Position numbers and translations under genes: made by a program. Shown in pieces: positions 52,996 through 62,596 of a stretch of DNA of 64,000 nt. Where the stretch lies: contig JADDQY010000126.1 in the NCBI GenBank assembly GCA_016781135.1, positions 1,861 through 65,860 of the forward strand, written 5' to 3'. How positions within the stretch are numbered: the stretch's first letter is position 1; the number at the start of each line of letters is the position of its first letter. This DNA comes from Actinomycetota bacterium (GTDB lineage: Bacteria; Actinomycetota; Acidimicrobiia; Acidimicrobiales; CADCSY01). Under the pieces are notes generated by a model that saw only the letters and a program-made list of their open reading frames with translations, had not been told where the DNA came from and did no database searches.

Positions 52996-53442
52996 ATGGC
53001 GGCGGCCTCGCCCATCCCGGTCGTGGCGTGCCCTTCGTGTGGCACCCGCAACCGTCTCCCGGCCGCGGCGGCCGGCACGCCACGCTGCGGTCGCTGCCAG
53101 TCGGCGCTGCCCTGGATCGCAGACGCCGACGACGCCACCTTCCTCGACATCGCCGAGCGCAGCCCGCTCCCGGTCGTCGTCGACCTGTGGGCGCCGTGGT
53201 GTGGGCCCTGCCGCACCCTCAGCCCCATCCTCGAGCAGCTCGCCCGAGAGTTCGCCGGGCGTTGCAAGCTCGTCAAGGTGAACGTCGACGAGGCGCCAGC
53301 CACCAGCGCCCGTTTCGCCGTCCAGGGGATCCCGACGCTCGTCGCCCTCCGAGACGGTCGTGAGGTCGGCCGCCAGGTGGGCGCCGCTCCCGGCGAGCGA
53401 CTCAGGGGCTGGATCAGCGCCAACCTCGCCAGCGCCGCCTGA
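52996..53442 (+). CDS. trxC: Thioredoxin 2-type thioredoxin (N-terminal zinc finger + WCGPC)
   Basis: The ATG at 52996 gives 148 aa. CPSCGTRNR...CGRC is followed by VVVDLWAPWCGPCRTLSP. Confidence 0.8.
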   Translation: MAAASPIPVVACPSCGTRNRLPAAAAGTPRCGRCQSALPWIADADDATFLDIAERSPLPVVVDLWAPWCGPCRTLSPILEQLAREFAGRCKLVKVNVDEAPATSARFAVQGIPTLVALRDGREVGRQVGAAPGERLRGWISANLASAA

Positions 53443-53486
53443 GGCGTCCGCCGGCGCGGCGACCCACGAGCCGCGACACTTGTGGA

Positions 53487-54266
53487 ATGCTGATCCATCT
53501 CGTCGCCGACTACGGCGCCGGCGACCTCGCGTTCGCCGAGGTCACCCAACGCCTTGCCCGACTGCTGCCCGAAGCCAGCGTGCTGCCCACGCCAGTCCCG
53601 GCCTTCGACACGGTAGGCGCCGGCTTCTGCGCCGCCCAACTGGCGCTCGGCGACGCACCGGGAGCCCGCCTGATCTACACCAACGTCGCGCCGCGCGCCG
53701 ACCACTCCGACCCGCGCCCAGGGAACCAGGGTGAGCGGCTGGTGGCGGCGTTGTGTTCGAACGGGATCGCGGTCGTCGGCGTCAACGCCCAGCACTGCTT
53801 CTCGTTCCTGCGCGACAACGCGGTGTTCCGGTCGGTGGACGTGCCCGACGCCGGATCGCAGTTCCGGTCCCGCGACCTGTTCCCGGAGGTGGTCGCAAAG
53901 CTGGCGCGCGGCGACCAAGGCTGTCTCGGTGCCGACGTCGACAACAGCCTGATCCCGCCCGCCCCCGAGAAGGCAGTGGCGTACGTCGACGGCTACGGCA
54001 ACGTCAAGACGACCTGGACCAACGCCCCAGCGGAGATCGGCGATCGAGTGCAAGTGGCGGTTGGCGGTGCGGTCGCCGTCGCCACCGTCACCGGCGGCAC
54101 CTTCGCCGTGCACCAGGGCGAGATGTCCTTCGCCCCGGGCAGCAGCGGCTGGGATGCCGGCGACGGCCGGCAGGTCTTCTACGAGCTCCTGCTGCGGGGC
54201 GGAAGCGCGGCCGAGCGACTGGGCCGACCGCATGGTGGCGCCCCTGTCGACATTCAACCGATCTGA
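53487..54266 (+). CDS. SAM hydroxide adenosyltransferase (DUF62)-like protein
   Basis: 259 aa. The N-terminal LVADYGAGDLAFAEV and C-terminal VAYVDGYGNVKTTW resemble DUF62, but the central motif is divergent. Confidence 0.45.
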   Translation: MLIHLVADYGAGDLAFAEVTQRLARLLPEASVLPTPVPAFDTVGAGFCAAQLALGDAPGARLIYTNVAPRADHSDPRPGNQGERLVAALCSNGIAVVGVNAQHCFSFLRDNAVFRSVDVPDAGSQFRSRDLFPEVVAKLARGDQGCLGADVDNSLIPPAPEKAVAYVDGYGNVKTTWTNAPAEIGDRVQVAVGGAVAVATVTGGTFAVHQGEMSFAPGSSGWDAGDGRQVFYELLLRGGSAAERLGRPHGGAPVDIQPI

Positions 54267-54305
54267 CCGGGCGGAGATGGCGCGGGTCCGCGGTGGGCCC
54301 CTTGC

Positions 54306-55319
54306 TCACCGCGGTGGTCGCCCCTGCTCGACCCGCCAGCGAGCAGCCGTCATCTCGGCGGGGCGGCCGGCGATGACACCGTCGACGCCCAGGCCGAGCC
54401 AGTCGCGGTACACCCGCGCCTGCTCCTCCTCGGCGCTCGCCGCCCAGACCCACACGTCGAGGCCCTCGGCGTGGGCCCGCTCCACCACCTCGGCGCTGAG
54501 CACCGGCACGCCACCCGACGTGGGCGGGATCTGGATGACCGAGTAGTGCTCGGCGAGAGGCTGGCTGGCGAACAGCCAGGACGTCAGCTCCTGGAGCCCG
54601 GGTGACACCGCCACCTCGGGCGCCAGCGCGTGGAATTCCTGCACCACCGCCGAGTCGAACGACACGACCACCGACGACTCGACCCGGTCGAGCTCCCGCA
54701 GCTCGGCGGCGAGCACCCGCGCCACCTCCACGGGGTCAACGTGCTGGCCGCCCTTGATCTCGATGTCGAGGGGCAGGTCAGGAAAGCGGGTGGCGATGTG
54801 GCGGAACGTCGGGACGGCGAAGTCGTCGGGGGTGTAGCCGGCGGGCGGCGGACGCTCACCGGTTCGGACCCCCCGGTACGGGTACTCCCCGGCGGGCCGG
54901 TCGCGACACGACCAGCACCTCGACCACCAGTGGGCGGCGTCGAGCGCCTGCAGGTCGGCGAGGGTCCGCTCGACCACCGGCCCCGTGGCCTCGGTCGTGC
55001 GATCGACCGTCTCGTCGTGGTGGACGACGAGCACGCCGTCGGCCGTCAGTTGCACGTCGAGCTCGAGCACGTCCGCCCCCTCGAGCACCGACTCGGCGAA
55101 CGCGAACGGCGTCGAGTGCGGGTGGGCCTGGTCACCACCGGCGTGAGCGACATTGAGCGGCCGGTCGCCGGCCAACACGTCCTCGATCGTCGGGGGGCCG
55201 GCGGGGGTGGGTGCCTCTTCGGTCCCGCCGTCCTTGCAGGCGGCGAGAGCCAGGGCGGCGGCGACCACGACGGCGAGCAGCAGGCGCGGGACTCGACCGC
55301 GGTAGCTCGTCGTGGCCAT
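54306..55319 (-). CDS. Glycerophosphodiester phosphodiesterase lipoprotein
   Basis: The internal ATG at 55319 gives the lipobox LALAAC. Also NVAHAGG...LELDVQLTADGVLVVHHDETVDRTT. Confidence 0.8.
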   Translation of the reverse strand: MATTSYRGRVPRLLLAVVVAAALALAACKDGGTEEAPTPAGPPTIEDVLAGDRPLNVAHAGGDQAHPHSTPFAFAESVLEGADVLELDVQLTADGVLVVHHDETVDRTTEATGPVVERTLADLQALDAAHWWSRCWSCRDRPAGEYPYRGVRTGERPPPAGYTPDDFAVPTFRHIATRFPDLPLDIEIKGGQHVDPVEVARVLAAELRELDRVESSVVVSFDSAVVQEFHALAPEVAVSPGLQELTSWLFASQPLAEHYSVIQIPPTSGGVPVLSAEVVERAHAEGLDVWVWAASAEEEQARVYRDWLGLGVDGVIAGRPAEMTAARWRVEQGRPPR

Positions 55320-55366
55320 CCGGTCCTCCCGCCTCGGCGTAGGTCCTCGATCCTTCCCGGTCGGGC

Positions 55367-56152
55367 GTGGACCAATCCGGCGGCGAACCCGCCAGACTCG
55401 TCCGGGTGACCCGGGCGACGACAAGCACGACAGTCCCGCCGGCGGCGCCCGCCACGGCCGGGGGCGCTCCCGGCACGGGGGCGGCGGTGGAGGTGCGGAA
55501 CCTCTCCCACCGCTATGAGACCTCCGACCGGCCCCTTGTCGTGCTGGACGGCCTGAGCTTCTCGATCCCCCCGGGCGGTTACGTCGCCCTGACCGGGGCG
55601 TCGGGCGCCGGCAAGAGCACGCTCCTCTCGATCCTCGGCGGCCTCGAGCCGCCGCAGTCCGGGCACGTGCACGTGGGCGGCCACGACCTCCACGCTCTCG
55701 GCGGCGACGAGCTGGCCGCCTACAGGCGGAGCACCGTCGGCTTCGTCTTCCAGCACTTCGGCCTGCTCGACACCCTCACGGCCAGCGAGAACGTGGAGGT
55801 GGCCCTCGCCCTCGCCGGAGCCCGGGCCGGCGCCCGCCGCCGCCGAGCTCGCGAGCTGCTCGCCGCCGTCGGTCTCGCCGATCGCGCCGCTCACCGTCCC
55901 GGGGCGCTGAGCGGCGGCGAGCGCCAGCGGGTGGCGATCGCCCGTGCCCTGGCCAACCGGTCCCGCCTCGTCCTCGCCGACGAGCCGACGGGCAACCTCG
56001 ACGAGCGGGCCGCTACCCAGGTGCTCGATCTGCTCGAGCAGCTCCCCGCTGAGCGGGGATGCACCTTCGTGGTCGTCACCCACGACCGCACCGTCGCCGG
56101 GCGCGCCCCCAGCCGGCTGCATCTCGCCGAGGGGCGGTTCTCGACGCCATGA
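55367..56152 (+). CDS. ABC transporter ATP-binding protein (MacB/LolD-like); start uncertain
   Basis: Walker A GASGAGKST, signature LSGGERQRV, Walker B VLADEPTGNLD. Confidence 0.85.
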   Translation: MDQSGGEPARLVRVTRATTSTTVPPAAPATAGGAPGTGAAVEVRNLSHRYETSDRPLVVLDGLSFSIPPGGYVALTGASGAGKSTLLSILGGLEPPQSGHVHVGGHDLHALGGDELAAYRRSTVGFVFQHFGLLDTLTASENVEVALALAGARAGARRRRARELLAAVGLADRAAHRPGALSGGERQRVAIARALANRSRLVLADEPTGNLDERAATQVLDLLEQLPAERGCTFVVVTHDRTVAGRAPSRLHLAEGRFSTP

Positions 56153-57411
56153 CGTGGGCCGATGCCGTCCTCTTCGCCGCTCGCGGTCTCGTCCGCCGCC
56201 GCAGCCGCGCCGTGCTCACCCTCGTCGCCGTTGCCCTCGCCGCCGCCCTGCTGACGGCACTGATGATGATCACCGAGACGGGCCGCTCCCGGGTGCTCGA
56301 CCAGCTCTCCCGCGGCGGGCCGTTGGCGGGCATCCGCGTGGACGCCGCCGTCGACGACGCCGAGGTCGACCGTGTGGTCAATCTCCCCGACGTCGCCGCC
56401 GTCGTCCCCATCGCCACCACCCGCCTGCTGGTTACCGCCGACGGCGCGGCGGTGGCTGCCGGCAAGGGGGCGGGCGAGGACCAGGCCGTCCCCGCCGTGC
56501 CCGGCGGCACCGACCTCGAAGGGATCGTCGGCGTCGACTTCCGCCAGGCGGACAACCTGCCCATCACCGTGCTCGCCGGCCGGCTCCCCGAGGCCCAGAC
56601 GGCGACGGAGGTGGTGGTCGACCAGCGCTGGCTCGAGCGCCGGGGGGTGGCCGAGGGCGAGGAGGCCGGCGTCGTGGGCAGCGAGGTGATGCTCGGCGCC
56701 GTGCGCGAAGGGGCCGGTGGCAGGCACGACCCGCTCGCCGTCCGCTGGACGCGCGCCATCGTCGTGGGCGCGGTGGCCCAGGAGGCGGCACCAGGGGGTG
56801 TGCTGGCCCCCCTGCCCGTCGTGCTCGACGCCCGTGCCTGGACCGGCGGCGGGGAGGGCGCCACCTACGAGGGGCTGTTCGTGGTGGCGCGCGGGCTGAA
56901 CCAGGTCGACGAGGCCCGCCAGCAGCTCGCCGGCCTCGGCCTCCCGAGCGAAGCACCCGAGAACCTCATCGCCTCCGTGCTGCGCTACCTGCACGTCGTC
57001 GAGCTCGTGCTCGCCAGCATCGGGGCGATCGCCCTGGTGATCGCCGCGCTCGGCATCGCCAACGCGCTGCTGGCCGCCGTGCGCGAACGCCGGCGCGAGA
57101 TCGGCGTGCTCAAGGCGATCGGGGCCCGAGACCGCGACGTGCGGAGGATCTTCCTCCTCGAGGCGGTGGCCCTCGGCCTCGGCGGCGGGCTGGCCGGCAC
57201 CGTGCTCGGATGGGCCATCGCCAGGGGCGTAGGCGCCGTCGTGAACGACTACCTGAGCGCCCAGGGCCTGGCCGGCGTCACGGTGGCGCTGCCGATGGCC
57301 GTGCTCAGCGGCGGGATCCTCGGCTCGGCCGTGCTCGCCCTCCTCGCCGGTACCGTGCCCGCGGTGCGCGCCGCCCGTCTGCCTGCTCGTGACGCCATGG
57401 GGGAGGGGTGA
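56149..57411 (+). CDS. FtsX-family ABC permease
   Basis: The ATG at 56149 overlaps the upstream stop (ATGA). N-terminal TM segment, large periplasmic loop, and a C-terminal 3-TM FtsX block (REIGVLKAIGA). Confidence 0.8.
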   Translation: MTWADAVLFAARGLVRRRSRAVLTLVAVALAAALLTALMMITETGRSRVLDQLSRGGPLAGIRVDAAVDDAEVDRVVNLPDVAAVVPIATTRLLVTADGAAVAAGKGAGEDQAVPAVPGGTDLEGIVGVDFRQADNLPITVLAGRLPEAQTATEVVVDQRWLERRGVAEGEEAGVVGSEVMLGAVREGAGGRHDPLAVRWTRAIVVGAVAQEAAPGGVLAPLPVVLDARAWTGGGEGATYEGLFVVARGLNQVDEARQQLAGLGLPSEAPENLIASVLRYLHVVELVLASIGAIALVIAALGIANALLAAVRERRREIGVLKAIGARDRDVRRIFLLEAVALGLGGGLAGTVLGWAIARGVGAVVNDYLSAQGLAGVTVALPMAVLSGGILGSAVLALLAGTVPAVRAARLPARDAMGEG

Positions 57412-58220
57412 GGAGGGTGGGGGCCGGGGCACCGCTCCTCCTGCTCGCTCTTGCCGCCCTGGCGCTGCTGGTCACGGCGTGCGCCGGCGGACGGGCCGAC
57501 ACCCTCGAGGTCGAGGCGCTGCCGCCGCCGTTCACCTACGTGGCCGTCGGCGCCAGCGAAACGGTCGGGATCGGTGCCAACGACCCCGTCAGCGAGTCTT
57601 GGCCCAGCGTCTTCTACCGCAACGCCCTCGCCCGCTCGGCCACCCTCGTCAACCTGGGGGTGAGCGGGGCGACCGTGCGCGAGGCCTTGGACCGGGAGCT
57701 GAAGCCCGCCCTGGCCGAGGAGCCGCGGCTCGTCACGGTGTGGCTCAACGTCAACGACCTCGTGCGCCAGGTGCCGGTGGAGCAGTACCAGCGCGACCTC
57801 GGGACGCTCGTTCGCGGTCTGCGGAGGGGCGGGGCCACCGACGTGCTCGTCGCCAGCACGCCCCCGGTGGGAGACCTGCCCCTCGTGCGGGCCTGCCTGC
57901 CCGGTGGCACCGGCTGCCAGCTGCCGTTCCGCCTGCCGTCGGCCGAGACGATCATCGAGCGTGTCGCCGCCTACAACGCGGCGATCTCCCGAGTGGCGGA
58001 GGCGGAGGGCGCCGTCGTCGTCGACCTCGCGGCGGCCGGCGGGGGCCGGATCGATCCCACCCTCGTCGCCGCCGACGGATTCCACCCGAGCACCGAGGGT
58101 CACCGCCGGGTGGCGGCCGCCTTCGCAGACGCTCTGGCCTCGCTGCCCTCGGCGGCCGAGCTCCGCCCACCGGCCGGCGGTAGCCCGGGGGCTAGCGCCG
58201 GTGCCACGGCTGATAGGTGA
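57408..58220 (+). CDS. SGNH/GDSL hydrolase lipoprotein
   Basis: GTGA overlap with the permease. Lipobox LLVTACAGG. Block I YVAVGASETVG. C-terminal DGFHPS. Confidence 0.75.
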   Translation: MRRVGAGAPLLLLALAALALLVTACAGGRADTLEVEALPPPFTYVAVGASETVGIGANDPVSESWPSVFYRNALARSATLVNLGVSGATVREALDRELKPALAEEPRLVTVWLNVNDLVRQVPVEQYQRDLGTLVRGLRRGGATDVLVASTPPVGDLPLVRACLPGGTGCQLPFRLPSAETIIERVAAYNAAISRVAEAEGAVVVDLAAAGGGRIDPTLVAADGFHPSTEGHRRVAAAFADALASLPSAAELRPPAGGSPGASAGATADR

Positions 58221-58300
58221 GCCGCGGTGGTACGAGGGCTCACCAGGTAGTGGCGTCGTTCCCCGCGGGTGGAGTTGGGACCACCCCTACCTTTGACGAC

Positions 58301-59167
58301 ATGGCACGCATCGACCAGCGCGATCCCCGCAACGCCGAAGGTGCCTGGTTCGTCGACACCCGCTGCATCGACTGCGGCACCTGCCGGGACCTCGTGCCCG
58401 AGCTCTTTGCTGAGGTGAACGGCCAGTCCGTCGTCGCCGTCCAGCCTGCAAGAGCCGACGCCGAGCACCAGGCGTGGTTGGCGGCCGAAGCGTGCCCCAC
58501 GCAGTCGATCGGGCGCAGCCCACGGACCCCACGTCCCCGCGGCTTGTTCCCGCTCAACGTCGAAGGGCCGGTCTTCGACCTCGGCCACACCAGCGAAGCG
58601 TCGTTCGGCGCAACCAGCTACCTGGTACTCCGGCCGGAGGGGAACCTCATGGTGGATGCACCTCGTTTCACGCGGGCCCTGACCGCTCCGCTCGATGCCA
58701 TGGGCGGGGTGGCGCAGGTGTTGCTCACCCATCGGGACGACGTCGCCGATGCAGCTCGGTGGGCGGGCCGATACGGGTCCAGGGTCTGGATCCACGAGGC
58801 GGACCGCCGGGCCGCACCGTGCGCCACCGACCTGCTGAGAGGCGAGGAGCCCGCCGCGATCGCTCCCGGCGTCATCGCCGTCCCGCTCCCGGGCCACACG
58901 AAGGGTTCGGTCGCCTTCGCCGTGGACGGCACCTGGCTGTTCACGGGTGACTCCCTGGCGTGGGACCAGCGCCGCCACGACCTGACCGCCTTCCGCGGCG
59001 TTTGCTGGTACTCCTGGGAAGAGCAAACGCGCTCCCTCGCTCGCCTCGCCGAGGCCACGACCTTCTCCTGGGTGCTTCCGGGTCACGGGGCGCGTGTCCA
59101 GCTCGATGCCGAGGACGCCCATCGGCGCCTTCTCGGGCTCGTCGAGCGCATGCGGGCCACTGCCTGA
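58301..59167 (+). CDS. Ferredoxin-domain / MBL-fold hydrolase fusion protein
   Basis: ATG at 58301. N-terminal CIDCGTCRDL...CPTQSI. MBL-like THRDDVADAARWA...PGHTKGS. Confidence 0.6.
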   Translation: MARIDQRDPRNAEGAWFVDTRCIDCGTCRDLVPELFAEVNGQSVVAVQPARADAEHQAWLAAEACPTQSIGRSPRTPRPRGLFPLNVEGPVFDLGHTSEASFGATSYLVLRPEGNLMVDAPRFTRALTAPLDAMGGVAQVLLTHRDDVADAARWAGRYGSRVWIHEADRRAAPCATDLLRGEEPAAIAPGVIAVPLPGHTKGSVAFAVDGTWLFTGDSLAWDQRRHDLTAFRGVCWYSWEEQTRSLARLAEATTFSWVLPGHGARVQLDAEDAHRRLLGLVERMRATA

Positions 59168-59441
59168 GCACTCGCGGTCTCCCACCTGCCGCCATCCGGC
59201 CAACAGGACGCCTTTTTGCTCGCCGCCTCGCTGCCCTGATTGGCGGGGCCCGGGAGCGGTTGCCTCCGAGCCCTGGACCGAGGTGAACGTCGAGCGATCA
59301 GGGCGTCTGGCCTTCCGCTCCCGCTTCTTGCCGCGCCCGTCGTCCGAGACGCGTGGCGCCCCGACTCTCCTGGACTGGCAGGCTGATGCCGCTGTCCGGT
59401 TCCCGGTGTGTCGGGCGAGCGCGTCTCGAGCCGCGGTGGAG

Positions 59442-59972
59442 CTACTCCACGTCGAACAGGTCGACTGCGTTCGTGGCCATCAGCTCGCCGGCCAACGCCT
59501 GCTTCATCGTGACGAAGTGCTGCTGCTCCTCGGCGGTGAGGTCGGACGACTGCGCCAGCCGCACGAACTCGTCGGTGACGAAGCCCTCTCGCAGCAAGAG
59601 CGACACCGTGCGGTCGCGGTAGCTGACCCGAAAAGCAAAGGTTCGAAGCGTGTGGCCCCGCTCCGGCCGCTCCAGCGCCGCATCGACGACGTAGCGGCCC
59701 TCGGTGAGGCCACGAGTGACCAGTTCACAGGCATCCCGAGCGCCGGGTCCGCGAAAGGCCGAGTGGACCATGACCTCTCGCCGCTCCACCGCGCCATCCG
59801 GTTCGAGAAGGGCGAAGGCCCGCTCCATCATCTTCAAGCCCAGGGCCACGCCCCCGGGGCTGTCCGGCCCGCTGTAGCGCAGCATCTCCTCGAACGAGAA
59901 GGCCACCGCCGTTCCCTGTTCCTGTACCTCGATGCTGTGGGCCATCCCACGCATCCTTCCACCCGTCGACAT
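59442..59972 (-). CDS. Hypothetical protein
   Basis: 176-aa ORF with coding-like composition. No confident family. Confidence 0.4.
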   Translation of the reverse strand: MSTGGRMRGMAHSIEVQEQGTAVAFSFEEMLRYSGPDSPGGVALGLKMMERAFALLEPDGAVERREVMVHSAFRGPGARDACELVTRGLTEGRYVVDAALERPERGHTLRTFAFRVSYRDRTVSLLLREGFVTDEFVRLAQSSDLTAEEQQHFVTMKQALAGELMATNAVDLFDVE

Positions 59973-60182
59973 CGAGGAAACGGCCGGAGGGCCGGCCGGT
60001 GTCGACCAGTCGGTCGGGAGCGGTTGCCGGCGTTAGCGTTGCCGCAGGCGCCATGTCCCGTTTCCAGCTCGCCCGGCCGTTGTCGTGCCGTCTTCGCGGC
60101 CAGGCCTCCCCAGGGGGCGAGTGAAATCGCTCAGGCGCTTGTGGGCGCTGACCCCAGCTGAGAGCCCGACCCTCTCGAGCGG

Positions 60183-61083
60183 TTGGGCCCATCTCGGCAA
60201 GGACGTGTCTTCGTGCGGCGATCCAGTGGCCCCGTGGCCGGCGCACCTGCCGCCGTGCTGATCCATGGCGTGGTCTCCACGCGGTATCTCCTGCCAACCG
60301 CTACGGCGTTCGCTCGCCGTTGTGCTGTGCTCGCCCCCGATCTACCGGGGTTCGGGCAAAGCTCCCGTTCGCGGCGCAAGGTCGCGATCGAAGACCAGGC
60401 AGACCTCCTGGACAAGCTGATCGCATGGGCGGGCTTCCGGCGGCCGACGGTGCTCGGGCACTCCGTGGGCGCCCAGGTAGCCGCCAGCCTGGCGCTCCGA
60501 CATCCCGAGGCCGTCGGGGTGGTTGGTCCTGGTCGGACCGACCGGAGACCCCAGGGTCCACAGCGTGGCCGCCGTCTTCGCCCGGTGACTGTGCACCGCC
60601 CCGGCCGAGCCCTTGCGGTTCAACGCGCTGGCATCGCGAGAACTGGTGGAGGTCGGCTCACGCCAGATGATTCGGACGCTACGAGCGGCCCTGGCCGATC
60701 CTTTCCTGGACAACCTGGGCCGGGTGGTGGTGCCCACCTTGGTCATCCGAGGCCAATGGGACCGCGTGGCGCCACAGCGCTGGGCGGAGGAGGCGGGAGG
60801 CCGACTGCGCTCGGCGCGTGTCGTCGTAGTGCCCGGCGTCGCCCACACGGTGGTCTACTCCGCCCCCTCGGAGCTGGCCGGGCTGGTGGCAGAATTCGCC
60901 GGTGGAGGTCATGGGCCACCGGACTGGTTCCCCGGTCCCAACGGGAGAGTCCGCCAACGCCTCACTCCGTTACGCTTGTGGCGGCAGTCAGGCTCGAGCA
61001 CCGGCGGTGGGCTGGCACCACCGGTGCCACGAGTACGAGGGAGACGGCATGCCGGCAACCCAACCCTACGAGCAGGACCGTAG
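60183..61083 (+). pseudogene. Alpha/beta-hydrolase, disrupted by a frameshift and an in-frame TGA
   Basis: VLIHGVVS...LPGFGQS...VLGHSVGAQVA (nucleophile elbow), then a frame change near 60517-60524. TGA at 60586-60588 lies inside ...VAAVFAR*LCTAPAEP..., and the C-terminal PTLVIRGQWDRV...PGVAHTV follows. Confidence 0.6.
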
Positions 61084-61223
61084 CTCATGAGCCGGTGGCA
61101 ACTCGGCGAGAGCACGTGGTTCCTCAGCGGCCTCGTCGGTGCGAACGGCACCACCGGGTGGTCGGCCTCTCAGGCTGGAGTACGTCGAGGGCGACTTCGA
61201 CGTGCGCGGGTGAGGGGCGCGGC

Positions 61224-61562
61224 GTGAGCGACGACGACGGCGCCCTCGAGGCGCTCGACGCCGGACTGCAGCGATCGACCGAGCCGGCGATGGAGGTCGG
61301 GACCGGTTGCTGGCGGTGTAGTCGTCCCCCGGCGGAGGCGTCGAGCTCTGGTCTCTGCGAGGGGTGCCGGGCGTTCCTGCTTGGCGACACCGACGTGGAT
61401 CCAACCGCCCGGCGCCCGGTGGCTGCGGCGCCGCCGCCTGTGGTCGACGAGGCGCTGCGCGAGGCGCTGGCCAGGTTCATCGACGCCTTCCAGGCCATGG
61501 CGCACCCTTTGGAGATCACGGCTGCGGAACGCGAGCCGCGGCTGTGGGACCCGGAGCCGTGA
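61224..61562 (+). CDS. Small Cys-rich (CxxC...CxxC) protein; start uncertain
   Basis: GCWRC-N14-CEGC zinc-ribbon-like spacing. The stop overlaps the next gene's start (GTGA at 61559-61562). Confidence 0.3.
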   Translation: MSDDDGALEALDAGLQRSTEPAMEVGTGCWRCSRPPAEASSSGLCEGCRAFLLGDTDVDPTARRPVAAAPPPVVDEALREALARFIDAFQAMAHPLEITAAEREPRLWDPEP

Positions 61563-61879
61563 GCGAGGACGACGCCATCACCGCCGGCCTGGTCGACGCT
61601 GCCCATGAGGCTGTCGAGCACCCCGGCGGCGACTCCCCCAAAGACCACGGCGACCCACTCGCCGAGGTTGTCCCGACCGAGCCCCCTGCCCGGGAGCCCG
61701 AGACCTACTCGACCGCTGAAGCCGCCCGGCTGCTCGGCATGAGCGAGGAACGGGTGCGCCAGATGGTCGACGAGGGCCAGCTGCCCGGGGAGCGAGACGA
61801 GGCCGGCGTGCTCGCCATCCCGCAGCAGGCCGTCAACGAGGTGCTGGGTCGAAGACGGAAGGAACCGCCCCACCAGTAG
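61559..61879 (+). CDS. Excisionase/MerR-type helix-turn-helix DNA-binding protein
   Basis: YSTAEAARLLGMSEERVRQMVDEGQLPG is a typical Xis-family HTH. Confidence 0.55.
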   Translation: MSEDDAITAGLVDAAHEAVEHPGGDSPKDHGDPLAEVVPTEPPAREPETYSTAEAARLLGMSEERVRQMVDEGQLPGERDEAGVLAIPQQAVNEVLGRRRKEPPHQ

Positions 61880-62041
61880 GTCTTTGAGCCTGGATCCGTT
61901 GAAGGCCCCATCGGACGGCCAGCAGGACGAAGGACCGCGCACGACTCGGACCAGTGGGGCGGCCACCTACGACGTGGAGCCCTCGCTTCAGCCTCCAGCA
62001 GCGAAAAGCAACAGGCGTCTCCCTTCAGATCCCATCCATGA

Positions 62042-62596
62042 CTACGGCCGCTTGATCTCGACCAACTCGGGGTGGCATCGGGCGAGCACGCACAGGCTGT
62101 TCCAGAGCTCGACGTCGTCGTGACGGGGCGGAAGCTCGGCCAGCTTCACGAAGACGACGGCGTCGTCGAAGACCAGGGTCGGGGTTCCGAACACGCCCAG
62201 GGCCTGGCCCTCACCGTGCTCCTCGGCGACGTGGCCCAGCCAGTGCTGGCGATCGAGGTCGAACGCGCCGGTGTCGACGCCAGCGTCGGCTGCTGCTGAC
62301 AAGAGGTTCCTTTCGTCCACCCGGCGCTCCTGCATTGCGTCGAACACCGCCTGGTGATAGCAGTCGAAGTCGGCTTGACGGGCGGCGTGGGCGAGGGCCA
62401 GGGCTAGCACGGAAACGCTCGAGATCTCGGGGCCGGTGAAGGGTGAAGGCGTGGAGGCGTCCCGGTTGACCTCCTTCAGCGAAAAGGTCGCCCAGCTCAA
62501 CTCGAGACCGGGAACCGCCTCCTGCAATCGACGGAACCACTGAAAGGCTCGCTGCGAGTACGGGCAGCTGTAGTCGTAGTAGATCGTCACCTGCAT
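62042..62596 (-). CDS. DsbA-family thiol:disulfide oxidoreductase
   Basis: The internal ATG at 62596 gives MQVTIYYDYSCPYSQRAF (CPYS active-site position) and FGTPTLVF near the C-terminus. Confidence 0.65.
   Translation of the reverse strand: MQVTIYYDYSCPYSQRAFQWFRRLQEAVPGLELSWATFSLKEVNRDASTPSPFTGPEISSVSVLALALAHAARQADFDCYHQAVFDAMQERRVDERNLLSAAADAGVDTGAFDLDRQHWLGHVAEEHGEGQALGVFGTPTLVFDDAVVFVKLAELPPRHDDVELWNSLCVLARCHPELVEIKRP

Noticed and set aside
60586-60588. In-frame TGA as Trp recoding or selenocysteine
   Set aside because: TGA is used as an ordinary stop by many genes in this window (for example brxB, brxC, pglX and pglZ). No SECIS-like hairpin was evident downstream. A nonsense mutation is the simpler reading.
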